DNA of 64,000 bases from an uncultured bacterium. Lineage in GTDB: Bacteria; Zixibacteria; MSB-5A5; GN15; FEB-12. A model generated the notes under the pieces. That model was not told where the DNA came from and ran no database searches. It was given only the letters and a program-made list of their open reading frames with translations. Shown one piece after another: positions 27,940-37,502 of this stretch. The translations under genes and the position numbers were made by a program. Within the stretch, counting starts at the first letter, position 1, and each line of letters begins with the position of its first letter. The stretch lies in contig CBFDBU010000002.1 in assembly GCA_965603125.1 (NCBI GenBank), positions 2,046 through 66,045 of the forward strand, read 5' to 3'.

Positions 27940-30056
27940 CTCAAGTGGTCCGGCAGTGTAACTCTGAATTTATAAACCATCCAGTTGCCCTGAATCGGCG
28001 CGGGGATTCGTGACGGGTCGAAGGTCATGGAGGCCACCGTTGCCTCAGCGCGGCGGTTGATCTCCTCGCTGGGAGACTTGATCATAAATACATAATCTTC
28101 AATTTCCCCGGAAAAATCAAGTAAGATCTGAAAATACAGATCGCCTTCCCAAGCCAGCCGATATGCCTCGGTGGGATAGATGAATTCCTCCTCAACGCGT
28201 ATCGGGCCGTAAGGGTGGTTCATGATTTTCTCACCGTTGGGATCGATATAGACTGCTTCCAGGGGGTCCACGTAGGTGGACGTGGTATCTTCTTCTCCCT
28301 CCTGCTGGAACCCGGGTTGTTCATCCTGCACCTCCGGCATGGTGTCGACTTCCGCATCGTCCGGCACCGTCGGAGCGGGAGTGTACTGCGTCCGCTTACG
28401 GGCCAGGGTTGCCCATTCCGTGTCAGGGAAAGAGTCCACCAGCTCGTTGTAGGCCAGGATAATCGAGGAGTCACCCGGGCTGTCGTACATCTCGGTCAGC
28501 CATACCAGCGCGAAGCGCGACTGGAGATAATACTTGGAATCGGGGAAGCGATCCACAACGATCTGGTAGTAACTGCGCGCCGAATCGGGGGTTTCCTCAT
28601 CCACGAGAAAGCTCTCGGCCCGATCGAAATAGACTCCGGCGTACCCGGTGTCGGCGGGAGTTCCTTTCAGACCCAGTATCTCCAGAGCCTGCGGGACATA
28701 GTCGGAAGCAGGATAGTCCAGCAGTACCTGCTGCAGGATCGAGTCGGCCTTCAGAGAGTCTTTCTCGTGCTCACGAACCATTTCTGAAAGGGCGATCATG
28801 GCCTTGGGGGCGTCGTAGGCAGTGGGAAAGGAGTCCGCCACGTACTTCATTTCAAGGATGGCGGTGTCCGGCTTGTACAGTTGAAACCAGTACAGTTCCG
28901 CCAGTTGGTATTGGGTATAGGCTGCTTCATCTATGATATCCTGGGTGGCCGTGGAGTCGATGGTCTCCACCTGCAGCTTGTACGATTCGCGTTTGCCGAT
29001 ATCCGACGATTTTTGAAGCGCCTCCCCGCCGATCTCCGAGCCGCGGCTCGACTGCACCGTGGAATCATAGTACTCCTTGGCCTGGGACAAATCGTCGTAA
29101 TCGTACTGATACATCAGGCCCAAGTTCCAGAAGGCCTCGGCGCGAACCCTTCGGTTCTGCTCTACCTCAAGGATTTCGTTGTAGGTTTCCTCTGCCTGCG
29201 CCAGGTCCTCGTCATATTCGTATCCCTCGGCGAGCTTGAGTTTCAGCACGCCCAGGGAGTCGAAGTACAACTCGTCGTCGATCAGCGTCCTCAGGTAGTC
29301 CTGGCCCTCATCAATCCGCTGCAGCCGATACGAGCAGGCAGCCGCCCTGAACAGGGCTACGTACTTGTCCTCCATGTCGGGGTCCATTCCCAGGAGTTGC
29401 AGGTACGCGCCGAGAGCCTCCTGGTGATGAAAGCGCTCGAAATAGCCATCCGCGAGGTAATGCTGGGCCAGTTTCCGGTCCTCATCGGTCCCCAGCGAAT
29501 CGCGGAGGGCCAGCAGATAAGGCTCCGCGTCGGCGTAGTTCCTGTTGTCGATGTAGTAGGTGGTCAGCGCCAGGGCCGCTTCAACCTTAAAATCCCGCGC
29601 GTAGTCGCCCTCGAAAATCCCCCGAAAGATGTCCATCGCATCCGCTATGTCCCTTAATTCGAGCTTGGCTTTGGCCAGGTAGAGATTGGCCTCGTGGGCA
29701 TACCTGGAATCGGGGTGGTTGGCCAGTATTTCTCGTGCCCGGCGCTCCGACCGGCCGTACTGTTTCGTATGATAGTAGGACACCGTCAGAACATGGAGGG
29801 CGTCATCGTAGTACTTGGAGTTGGGGTAGTCCTCAATAACTTTCAGCGACTTTTCGATGGCCTTCTTGTAGCCGCCGGCTCCGCCGCTTCTCCGGGCGCG
29901 CCTGGCCCCCTTGCGAGCTTTCTCCGCCTCGTTGAACGCCTTGCGTGCATTGTAGAAAGTGTTGTAGTAGACGCAGTTGTTGAGAGCGCACGCCAGAATC
30001 ACCAGGACGACGATCCGCGGAACCCAATGTCTCAAACGCGAAATCACCACTATCAA
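27936..30056 (-). CDS. Membrane-anchored TPR-repeat protein with a TonB-C-like C-terminal domain
   Basis: N-terminal hydrophobic anchor 'IVVLVILACALNNC', then about 12 TPR-like helical pairs. The C-terminal part, about 90 aa ('...YPTEAYRLAWEGDLYFQILLDFSGEIEDYVFM...'), resembles TonB_C. ATGA overlap with pyrK. Confidence 0.5.
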   Translation of the reverse strand: MIVVISRLRHWVPRIVVLVILACALNNCVYYNTFYNARKAFNEAEKARKGARRARRSGGAGGYKKAIEKSLKVIEDYPNSKYYDDALHVLTVSYYHTKQYGRSERRAREILANHPDSRYAHEANLYLAKAKLELRDIADAMDIFRGIFEGDYARDFKVEAALALTTYYIDNRNYADAEPYLLALRDSLGTDEDRKLAQHYLADGYFERFHHQEALGAYLQLLGMDPDMEDKYVALFRAAACSYRLQRIDEGQDYLRTLIDDELYFDSLGVLKLKLAEGYEYDEDLAQAEETYNEILEVEQNRRVRAEAFWNLGLMYQYDYDDLSQAKEYYDSTVQSSRGSEIGGEALQKSSDIGKRESYKLQVETIDSTATQDIIDEAAYTQYQLAELYWFQLYKPDTAILEMKYVADSFPTAYDAPKAMIALSEMVREHEKDSLKADSILQQVLLDYPASDYVPQALEILGLKGTPADTGYAGVYFDRAESFLVDEETPDSARSYYQIVVDRFPDSKYYLQSRFALVWLTEMYDSPGDSSIILAYNELVDSFPDTEWATLARKRTQYTPAPTVPDDAEVDTMPEVQDEQPGFQQEGEEDTTSTYVDPLEAVYIDPNGEKIMNHPYGPIRVEEEFIYPTEAYRLAWEGDLYFQILLDFSGEIEDYVFMIKSPSEEINRRAEATVASMTFDPSRIPAPIQGNWMVYKFRVTLPDHLR

Positions 30057-30140
30057 CGGACCCTCTTGCTGCAGTCCACACCACGGGCTGTTGAGAGATT
30101 CACAACGGAATACAAAACAGCAACCACCTCTCGATGCGGG

Positions 30141-30346
30141 TTATTCCCGCCCCTCCGTCATCACCCGCGGCATTGTGCCGTCAGGCGTCTCTGCCTGACG
30201 GTTCCCTCATCGCCAGTCGTCAGGCGTCGGGCAGGGACACCCGACGCCACACATATGACATTCTTGTCCCTCTCTATCATCTCCCGCGCAAGCGGGAATC
30301 CAGTTGTATCAACGCCTTACTGGATGCCCGCGTTCGTGGGCATGAC
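30141..30346. repeat. Cluster of four GC-rich hairpins belonging to a repeat family that produces spurious 'PRKRES...'/'IPAF.GMT' ORFs
   Basis: CCGTCAGGC-N6-GCCTGACGG (30178-30201); GGCGTCGGG-N8-CCCGACGCC (30223-30248); TCCCGC-gcaa-GCGGGA (30282-30297); ATGCCC-N8-GGGCAT (30324-30343). Track ORFs across it read 'ISRASGNPV..WMPAFVGMTEEG' and 'LPRKRESS..LDARVRGHD'. Confidence 0.7.
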
Positions 30347-30431
30347 AGAGGAGGGGGATACCCGTGTTCGCGGTGCACGGTACGCCTTGTCAACGATCCC
30401 ACCATTATACCTGTCGGCCGGCAGGCTGGTT

Positions 30432-31184
30432 TCAGCCGCCATCGTCGCCGTCCAGTCGCCTGCGGAACAGCTCCATCAACCGGGGAAGAAACTCGCCGGA
30501 AGGACCGCAGAAATGGAAATCGGCCAGATCACTTAAGGGCGTACGCTCCACGTTGATCTCAACCAGCGTTGAACCGGTCCTCTTGGCCACCACGGGAAGC
30601 GAAGCCGCCGGCTGCACCAATGCCGAAGTGCCGACCGAGAAGAACAACTCCGACTGCTGAGCCGCCTCAAATGCAGCGTCGATGATATCGGCCTCCAGCA
30701 TCTCGCCGAACCAGACCACGTCGGGGCGAATACTGCCGCCGCACTGCGCGCAGGAGGGGATGTCGTCGGGGTCTATTTCCGTTTGCCCGTCCACCACCGC
30801 GTTGCACTCTGCGCACTTGTTCCGGTGGATATTCCCGTGCAACTCCAGCATGTTCTCTGATCCGGCCTGTCGGTGAAGTCCGTCGACATTCTGCGTGATC
30901 AGGGTAAACTGCTCAAACGCCTTTTCCATCTCACCGAGAGCGAAATGCCCCGGATTGGGCTGTACTTTCGCCGTCAGGTCGCGGCGCCAGTTGTACCACT
31001 CCCACACGATTTTCGGGTTGGACATGAAAGCCGACATTGTGGCCAGTTCTTCCGGTCGGAACTTTCCCCACAGCCCCTCTTTACCACGGAAGGTGGGAAC
31101 CCCTGACTCGGCTGATATGCCCGCCCCGGTCAGCACGGCGCACCGGCGGCAGTTGACCATGATGTCAGCCAGTTCTTCAAACAT
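30432..31184 (-). CDS. cobB: NAD-dependent protein deacylase (sirtuin, CobB/Sir2 family)
   Basis: 'GAGISAESGVPTFRG', 'TQNVDGLH', Zn ribbon 'C..C...(19)...C..C', 'VGTS'. Confidence 0.9.
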   Translation of the reverse strand: MFEELADIMVNCRRCAVLTGAGISAESGVPTFRGKEGLWGKFRPEELATMSAFMSNPKIVWEWYNWRRDLTAKVQPNPGHFALGEMEKAFEQFTLITQNVDGLHRQAGSENMLELHGNIHRNKCAECNAVVDGQTEIDPDDIPSCAQCGGSIRPDVVWFGEMLEADIIDAAFEAAQQSELFFSVGTSALVQPAASLPVVAKRTGSTLVEINVERTPLSDLADFHFCGPSGEFLPRLMELFRRRLDGDDGG

Positions 31185-31279
31185 GACCGCAAGATAACCC
31201 TGCCGCTCCCGGTTGACAAAAGAAATGTTCGGACAGCCCCCGCGCTCCGTCGCGTCGGCGGCGGGGCCACTGACGCGGC

Positions 31280-33457
31280 TTATAGTGAGCCGGCAACCCT
31301 GGCTGTCGCCCGGCGGTTTCGATAGCCTTCCAGGGCTCCGCCATAAAGCTCCAGATTCAGCCGGAAGGGCTGGTTTCCGAGAACCACGCGGTAGACATTG
31401 ACGAAGGTAGTCCCCTGATAGACTTTCTCGAAACCGCCCTCCGAGAGAGACACGGTGAATATGGGCAGGTGCCAGAGCGCCCCCTGCCTGTCGGCGTGAA
31501 GCGCCACCGCCAGGCCGCGATACTCATCGATCATGGCGAAGGCATGCCGGCTGTCATAGGCGCCGGGCGCATCGAGAAAGGAGTCCTCATGGCGGTGGTT
31601 ATCGATCAGAATGAACCGATCCTCGGCATGACCGGCCTGGAAGCTGAAGTTGTTTTCCAGGGCGAAGTTCACCTCGATCTCACTCTCGGCCAGACTTGAA
31701 ATCTCGTAGGCGATTTTTATCACGTCGTCGGACGGGTCGAAAACGAAGTGCTTGATCACCCGCACCGGTATTGTTGCTCCCGGCCGCCAGAGGTGGCCGT
31801 CACGAGTCAACGTCAGGCGGTGGTTGTCGCGGTCGGTTTCGAAGGCATACGGCTCAAGAATGAAGTCGCCTTCCTCACCGAACCGGTTGGATCGGAACCG
31901 GTCGAAGTCGACGTCGCCGGTTAAGAAGTGATCGATGAAGCAGCGCTTGAGATACCAGTCCTCAACCAGGTATTCCCTGAGGCCTTCCTCCTTGGCCAGG
32001 ACGAGGTCATGGATGGAAGCCGTTGCGTCTTTGGAAGCCTGCTCAGTCACGGCGCGGTCGAGCTTCAGATGGTAGCCTTCTTTCCGGCGGGTAAGGGTGT
32101 CGGTGACGTCGAAATGTTGCTTGTTGAGGGCCAGGTCCAGAAGTGTCCCGCCGCGCCGCGGTTTGAAGACGGCCGTGAAAGGGCCGCCGCTGCAGATGAT
32201 TTCGTCGGCGCCGTCAGCGTCGTAATCGGACACGTGAAACCTGATACCGCGCTCGCCGATCAGTTGATCCAGGATGCGGTCGGCTTCGATGAGGCTGGAG
32301 TAGACCGCCTGGCGGATATGGGGGAGGTACAGCCCGCCGAAAACGCCGTGCCAGTATGGGCAGTTGCACTGCCCGGCATAGAGGCGGTCTCGCGCGCCGT
32401 CGGCCCGCCGGGGGTTATCCTCGTGTACCTGCTCGTATACCCTGAGTTTCTCCGAGACCGCGAGCATTTTCTTGTGCATCAGGTTGGCCTCGTCATACTT
32501 GGCGAGAAAGCCCCGCCAGTGCCCCCCGCGGACAAATCGCCCGTATCGGTCCCACTGCTCCTGTTCTTCGAGCCATTCCTCAAACTGCTCGTATTCCAGA
32601 AAAGCCACCGGCGGCAGCGCCCAGTGGAGCATCTCGGCGTACGACGCCGAAGGCAGATAGACCCGGCCTGCCGGTTCCAGTCGGGCTGCCTCACCGAGCG
32701 ACACAACCTCCAGCCAGTCCGAGTTCTCTTGAATTGCCTCGAAGAATTCGGACAACCAACCGTCTTCAAAGCAGTGCTTGTGGGTCTGCGGCCAGACGCC
32801 GAACTTCTCGCCGTCATCGGCGTAGACGGCCAGGCCCGATGGATTCCTCTTGGCCTGTTCACGGAGTTCCTCGATAACCTCTTCGACCGTACCGAACGGA
32901 ATCAGGTAGCGGAGCCTCTTCTGAATCGGCAGAAGCGTCAGCAGGCAGCCTTCACTCTCGGTTATAAACGGCCCGGTCAACTGGCTCAGTTCCAGCCCGG
33001 CATAGAGAAAGTGTGTGTCGTCAATCGGCAGATATTTTACACCGGCTTGGGCCAGCAGCTTAGGCAGGTGCGGCTCCCAGATTCGCTCGGTCAGCCAGAG
33101 ACCGTCCGGCTTCGCCTCGAAGTGGTCCTTCAGGTACCGATTGAGCGCGGCAATCTGGCCGCGCGCGTCGCGTTCGGGAATCGAGCTTAGGATCGGCTCG
33201 TAGAATCCGCCGGTCATCAGTTCGGCCCGCCCCCGGTCGACCAGTTCGCTGACAAGTCGGAAATAGTCGCCGTGAGTGCGTTCCTGGAAACGCCACAGGA
33301 TACCTGACTGGTGCAGCGAGAAGCGGAAGTCCTCAAACGTCGAGATCAGCTTCACGAAAGGCAAATACGCCTTTTGGTGAGCTTCTTCGAAAACCGCCTC
33401 GAAGTTACCAATCGGCTGATGGTTGTGCAGTCCAAAGGCGAGTTTGAATCTGGCCAT
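31280..33457 (-). CDS. GH57-family 4-alpha-glucanotransferase / alpha-amylase
   Basis: 'FGLHNHQPIGNF', 'GGFYEPILSSIP', 'WLTERIWEP', 'RLRYLIPF', 'DDGEKFGVWP'. It aligns by eye along the archaeal GH57 glucanotransferase catalytic domain. Confidence 0.85.
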   Translation of the reverse strand: MARFKLAFGLHNHQPIGNFEAVFEEAHQKAYLPFVKLISTFEDFRFSLHQSGILWRFQERTHGDYFRLVSELVDRGRAELMTGGFYEPILSSIPERDARGQIAALNRYLKDHFEAKPDGLWLTERIWEPHLPKLLAQAGVKYLPIDDTHFLYAGLELSQLTGPFITESEGCLLTLLPIQKRLRYLIPFGTVEEVIEELREQAKRNPSGLAVYADDGEKFGVWPQTHKHCFEDGWLSEFFEAIQENSDWLEVVSLGEAARLEPAGRVYLPSASYAEMLHWALPPVAFLEYEQFEEWLEEQEQWDRYGRFVRGGHWRGFLAKYDEANLMHKKMLAVSEKLRVYEQVHEDNPRRADGARDRLYAGQCNCPYWHGVFGGLYLPHIRQAVYSSLIEADRILDQLIGERGIRFHVSDYDADGADEIICSGGPFTAVFKPRRGGTLLDLALNKQHFDVTDTLTRRKEGYHLKLDRAVTEQASKDATASIHDLVLAKEEGLREYLVEDWYLKRCFIDHFLTGDVDFDRFRSNRFGEEGDFILEPYAFETDRDNHRLTLTRDGHLWRPGATIPVRVIKHFVFDPSDDVIKIAYEISSLAESEIEVNFALENNFSFQAGHAEDRFILIDNHRHEDSFLDAPGAYDSRHAFAMIDEYRGLAVALHADRQGALWHLPIFTVSLSEGGFEKVYQGTTFVNVYRVVLGNQPFRLNLELYGGALEGYRNRRATARVAGSL

Positions 33458-33461
33458 AACG

Positions 33462-34364
33462 TCAGAAGATCTCCACGGTAAGGTTTATGTATTTGCGTGG
33501 GTTGGCGCGGATATCGCTTATCAGACTATCGATGTTGTCGGCCGTTTTGCGAAGGTCATCGTACAATCGCCGGTCCTCAAGCAGGAGCTGCAAAGTTCCG
33601 TCGGGATTGTTGATATTGTCGGCGAACTCACGGGCCGACAGCGACAGTGTATCAAGCTGTACCACGATCATCTCGATCTTGTGCGAAATGCGGTCGAAGC
33701 GGCTTATCGACGAATCGACTCGACCTGCGTTGTCCGACAGGAGCCGGTTCAATTCCCGCGAGGCGCCCAGGAAGTTTTCCACGGTTTGGTCCATCCGGGC
33801 CTCGTTTCTTGTGACGTACGACGCCAGGGAGGCGGAGACGCACTCCAGATTGCTTACGGTATTGTTGAAACTCTGCAGCGATGAATCCGACCCCACCGTG
33901 CGTTTGAATGACACTACCAGATTGCGCAGCTCGCTGATCATCTCACCCATCAGCCCCATGACCTCGGGAAGGCCGGTGTCATAAAGACCGGTAACAGGCC
34001 TGGAGTAGTCGAATGCCACTGTGTCCTCGCCGGGAGATATGGCAATGAAGCGCTCTCCCATGAGACCCAGGTTCTTGATAACAAACTGCGCGTCGCGTCT
34101 GAGAATCACATCCCGGCTCAACAGGATTTCCACTTCGACACCGTTTTCGGTGAGTCGCATGTCGTTGACCTTTCCCTTCCGCACACCGGAAACGGTCACC
34201 TTGTCACCCACCGCGAGGGTGCCGACATCGCCAAACAGCACCCTGATCGTATCCGCGCTGGCAGAAAGCCGGTAACCCTGAAGCCAGTACAGCGACACCA
34301 CCAGTATGAGCGCGCCGATCAGGATGATTACGCCGACTTGGAATTCAATGTTCTTTGACGCCAT
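33462..34364 (-). CDS. MlaD/MCE-family protein
   Basis: Single N-terminal TM 'VGVIILIGALILVVSLYWL', an MCE beta-barrel segment 'VGDKVTVSGVRKGKVNDM', and a helical C-terminus. It stops 4 nt before the GH57 start. Confidence 0.75.
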   Translation of the reverse strand: MASKNIEFQVGVIILIGALILVVSLYWLQGYRLSASADTIRVLFGDVGTLAVGDKVTVSGVRKGKVNDMRLTENGVEVEILLSRDVILRRDAQFVIKNLGLMGERFIAISPGEDTVAFDYSRPVTGLYDTGLPEVMGLMGEMISELRNLVVSFKRTVGSDSSLQSFNNTVSNLECVSASLASYVTRNEARMDQTVENFLGASRELNRLLSDNAGRVDSSISRFDRISHKIEMIVVQLDTLSLSAREFADNINNPDGTLQLLLEDRRLYDDLRKTADNIDSLISDIRANPRKYINLTVEIF

Positions 34365-34426
34365 ATTATGCCTACCATATCGGTAAGTTACGGGTATTTG
34401 TTAAGTTGACATATCCGATTACGCGT

Positions 34427-35377
34427 TTACAGGGACGCGCGAATGGCCGCGTAGTTATCGTACCGAAGGCGGTGGATCTCGCCCTGCTCGCAGGCCGTCT
34501 TGACGGCGCAGTCCGGCTCGTGCGTGTGGCTGCACGGTTGGAACCGGCATTGTCCGGCGTGCGTCTCGAACTCCGGATAATAATGCGGTAGTTCATCCTT
34601 GTCCACCTCCCACAACCCCATCACTTTCAGGCCGGGTGAGTCGACCACAAAGCCGCCGAAGGGGAGTTCAAACAACTCGATACTGGAGGTGGCGTGTCGA
34701 CCCCGGTTGCTGGCAGCTGACACATGCAGCGTCTTTTGCTCAAGACCCGGTATCAGGTGATTGAGGAGAGCCGACTTGCCTACTCCCGAGTGACCGGTCA
34801 GGAGAGTGCGCCGCCCGACCAGTTGCCTCTTCAGGTCGCTTGCGCCGATGCCCTCAAGGGCGGAGACGAGGAAGACCGGGTAGCCGATTTCACGGTAAAC
34901 GGTGACGACGGCATCGGCCTCAGGTAACCATCCCAGATCGACCTTGTTCACGATTATCAGTGGCTCCAGCGAGCCGACCTGCGCCGCGATCAGGCAACGG
35001 TCGATCAGCCCCGGTTTCAACGCGGGAGATTTGATCGACACAACCACGGCCAACTGCTCCAAATTTGCCGCTATGACCTGCTTCCTGCCTTCCACCCCCT
35101 TGGCCGGTCGGCTGAACGATGTCCGCCGGGGCAGAACTTTCTCGATCACGCCGCTGTCGCCGCGGCCCGGCGATACCAGGACATCATCCCCGACCGCCAC
35201 CGGTGTCGTCTGGTCGGCGTCAGTTTTGACTTTCCGGCGTATCTCGCATTTCAACCGCGAAGCGTCGAACGCGCGTACCTCGAACAGCCGCCCCCTGGTG
35301 GCGACGACGATTCCCTGAATCTGCTCTTCCATATACAGATGAAATCTACCCTGCCCGGTCTCGGGTATCAAGGACAA
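34427..35377 (-). CDS. rsgA: Ribosome small-subunit-dependent GTPase A
   Basis: Circularly permuted GTPase: 'NKVD', '[14 protein letters not shown]', Zn knuckle '[11 protein letters not shown]'. The true start may be ATG 35332 ([10 protein letters not shown]...). Confidence 0.9.
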   Translation of the reverse strand: MSLIPETGQGRFHLYMEEQIQGIVVATRGRLFEVRAFDASRLKCEIRRKVKTDADQTTPVAVGDDVLVSPGRGDSGVIEKVLPRRTSFSRPAKGVEGRKQVIAANLEQLAVVVSIKSPALKPGLIDRCLIAAQVGSLEPLIIVNKVDLGWLPEADAVVTVYREIGYPVFLVSALEGIGASDLKRQLVGRRTLLTGHSGVGKSALLNHLIPGLEQKTLHVSAASNRGRHATSSIELFELPFGGFVVDSPGLKVMGLWEVDKDELPHYYPEFETHAGQCRFQPCSHTHEPDCAVKTACEQGEIHRLRYDNYAAIRASL

Positions 35378-35445
35378 ACTGGAGCGCGTCCCTGCCCGAC
35401 ACCACGGTACCCCGCCCGACAGTGTCGGGTGGGTTCAAGGAAGAA

Positions 35446-35510
35446 TCCCACCTGCCGCTCCGTTTTAGATGGGGTACCAATCCGTTGAAACTGCGGGGTT
35501 CGGCCTGCTG
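35446..35510. repeat. Composite short repeat (R1 + degenerate R2)
   Basis: 'tcccacctgccgctccgttttagatggggtaccaat' matches 63084-63119 at 33/36 positions. The following 'gttgaaactgcggggttcggcct' resembles the GTCGAAAC/GTTTCGAC hairpin at 63181-63203 and 44476-44497. Confidence 0.7.
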
Positions 35511-35533
35511 TCTTTTACTTCAATCAGAGCCAG

Positions 35534-35619
35534 GGGCAGGCGGGACGTCTGCCGCCCACCAAAACATCTCACTCGTTCAGGATGAATTCAACGGTATATG
35601 TCACCCAAACGCTTATGGG
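35534..35619. repeat. Left copy of an 86-bp direct repeat (81/86 identical to 37503-37588)
   Basis: By-eye alignment at a constant offset of 1969 bp, with mismatches at 35540, 35546, 35560, 35608 and 35614. It contains a duplicate of the last 16 codons plus stop of the TonB-like gene and its terminator hairpin. Confidence 0.85.
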
Positions 35620-35646
35620 ATTGCAGGTACGGACAGACTCAGAGTC

Positions 35647-35732
35647 GTGGTTGTAGTTCAGCTGGTTAGAACGTCCTGCCTTACACGCAGTGGGACGCGA
35701 GTTTGAGCTTCGGGAAAAACCCCGACAACCAG
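35647..35732 (+). pseudogene. tRNA-Val(TAC)-like remnant
   Basis: 'GTGGTTG TA GTTC AGCTGGTTA GAAC' (acceptor 5' strand + D-arm), 'CCTGC CTTACAC GCAG' (anticodon arm, TAC), 'GCGAG TTTGAGC TTCGG' (T-arm with one mismatch). A 12-nt insertion then precedes 'CAACCAG', which pairs with the 5' acceptor strand. There is an extra base at position 26 and the first anticodon-stem pair is mismatched. Confidence 0.4.
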
Positions 35733-35926
35733 GATATCAACGGCTTAGTCAAGAATAAATGTGATACTAATCCGCATGTATCCCTGAAGAATCTAATAAC
35801 AACTGTTTTGTGTCATACAATCCTCACACAGTAAACATATATCATAGTCTTCCGCAACAAACACCTGTTGCTCTCGTAAATAGAGAAATTGGACTAATAT
35901 TCAATCAGTGAAATCGAGGATGAATC

Positions 35927-37408
35927 ATGATGAAGTTGGGATTGCTAAAGCAAATTATTTTAATCACCTGTTTAACAAATGGAGTCTACGCGGCGGTTGA
36001 AATACCCGACACACCGGTTGGTATCAGGGCCGGAGAGATCATAGAATTAATGAACGGGGGCGGTAAAATTAATCCTGAAGATTACGTCAAAGACAATTAC
36101 AGCCCGGAATTCCGGGACGCTTTCCCGATGGCGCAACATCTGTCCGTTTTCACGTCAATGGCGGCTATTTTTGGGAAACTCACTGTTGAGAAAATTTCCG
36201 AATCCAGCGACTTTGAAATAGAGTTGAACTTGAAAGCTGAATCACGAGATGCCTACCTTAGATTGGCTTTGAATGTTGAACCCGACAAACCCCATCGGAT
36301 TACCTCCATGATGGTTGCACCGGTTCAACCTTCTGAAAAATCTGAAAAAGCTCAATCGGAAAGCAAGGATGATAAAAGCAAAATCAAATCGGACAAAAAA
36401 CAAAACCTCAAATTTCTGGATAAGGACAAACTCCACCAGACCTTGACTCAGAAGGCTCAAAATAATGAGTTTTCAGGGACGGTTATGATCGCCAGAGACG
36501 GCGAAATCTTATTTCATCATGCCTATGGCTTTGCTTCCAAAAGATTCAAAGCAAAAAATACCCTGGAGACAAAATATAATCTGGGTTCCTGCAACAAGCT
36601 GTTTACGGTTATCGGTATCTCCCAGTTGATGCAGAGAGGGGATTTGTCAATTGATGATCCGATCGGCAAATACCTTGATTCTTTTCCCGTCGAAATCGCG
36701 GATAATGTTACCATCAGGCATCTATTGCAAATGCGGGCCGGCTGGGGCGATTACTGGGCTAATGAATATTATCTGGAAAATCGGAACCAGCTTCGCGATG
36801 TATCTGACTACATGGAATTCATTAAAAATATCCCACTTGATTTCGAACCGGGATCCAATTTTCAGCATTGCAATACCTGCTATGAAATAATGGGTGCGAT
36901 AATCGAAGTCGTATCAGGTATGGATTACTTCGATTATATCAGGGAAAATATCTATGAGCAGGTTGGGATGGAGAACTCGGACAGTTACGACCGGGACGGG
37001 CCTGCAGATAATCTGGCGGTAGGGTATACCAATATGAATCGCTACGCTACCGACGACAATAAATATGTCTGGTCAAATGCCTATATTCTCTCACCCCGCG
37101 GCACTCCGGCCGGAGGTGGTTATTCCACAACTGGTGATTTACTCAAGTTCGACAATGCCCTTAGAAACTACAAACTCCTGAATCAAGCGTATACTCATTT
37201 CCTGTTAAACCACTGGGAAGGATCGCCGGAAGATGATCCGGGTTTACCATCGCGTCTTTCCCGCACCGCCGGTGGTGCGCCCGGAGTCAGTGCTGAGATC
37301 GCCCGGGATTTCAAGCATGGCTATACCATAATTGTATTATCCAATTATGATTTCCCTGTCGCCAATGACGTTGCCGCTGAGATCATACAAGATCTTGGTC
37401 TGATGTAA
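35927..37408 (+). CDS. Secreted beta-lactamase-family serine hydrolase (class C/PBP4-like) with an N-terminal extra domain
   Basis: Signal peptide MMKLGLLKQIILITCLTNGVYAA. 'FHHAYGFASK', SxxK motif as 'LGSCNKLFT', 'YSTTGDLLKF'. Clearly AT-richer codon usage than neighbouring genes. Confidence 0.75.
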   Translation: MMKLGLLKQIILITCLTNGVYAAVEIPDTPVGIRAGEIIELMNGGGKINPEDYVKDNYSPEFRDAFPMAQHLSVFTSMAAIFGKLTVEKISESSDFEIELNLKAESRDAYLRLALNVEPDKPHRITSMMVAPVQPSEKSEKAQSESKDDKSKIKSDKKQNLKFLDKDKLHQTLTQKAQNNEFSGTVMIARDGEILFHHAYGFASKRFKAKNTLETKYNLGSCNKLFTVIGISQLMQRGDLSIDDPIGKYLDSFPVEIADNVTIRHLLQMRAGWGDYWANEYYLENRNQLRDVSDYMEFIKNIPLDFEPGSNFQHCNTCYEIMGAIIEVVSGMDYFDYIRENIYEQVGMENSDSYDRDGPADNLAVGYTNMNRYATDDNKYVWSNAYILSPRGTPAGGGYSTTGDLLKFDNALRNYKLLNQAYTHFLLNHWEGSPEDDPGLPSRLSRTAGGAPGVSAEIARDFKHGYTIIVLSNYDFPVANDVAAEIIQDLGLM

Positions 37409-37502
37409 CTCTCGGCTCCGCTTGTTTCTGCCTTACATCAAACCACATCCGATAAGTTCTGTGTTTTGAAGGCGGTGGATAACACCGCGATCATCGAGAA
37501 TA

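Noticed and set aside
29694-30556. ORFs 29694-30536 (280 aa) and 30134-30556 (140 aa) covering the hairpin array
   Set aside because: Their only 'conserved' peptides ('SGNP..WMPAFVGMT', 'PRKRESS..LDARVRGHD') are translations of the palindromic repeat units. They also overlap the TPR gene start and the sirtuin end, and have no RBS.
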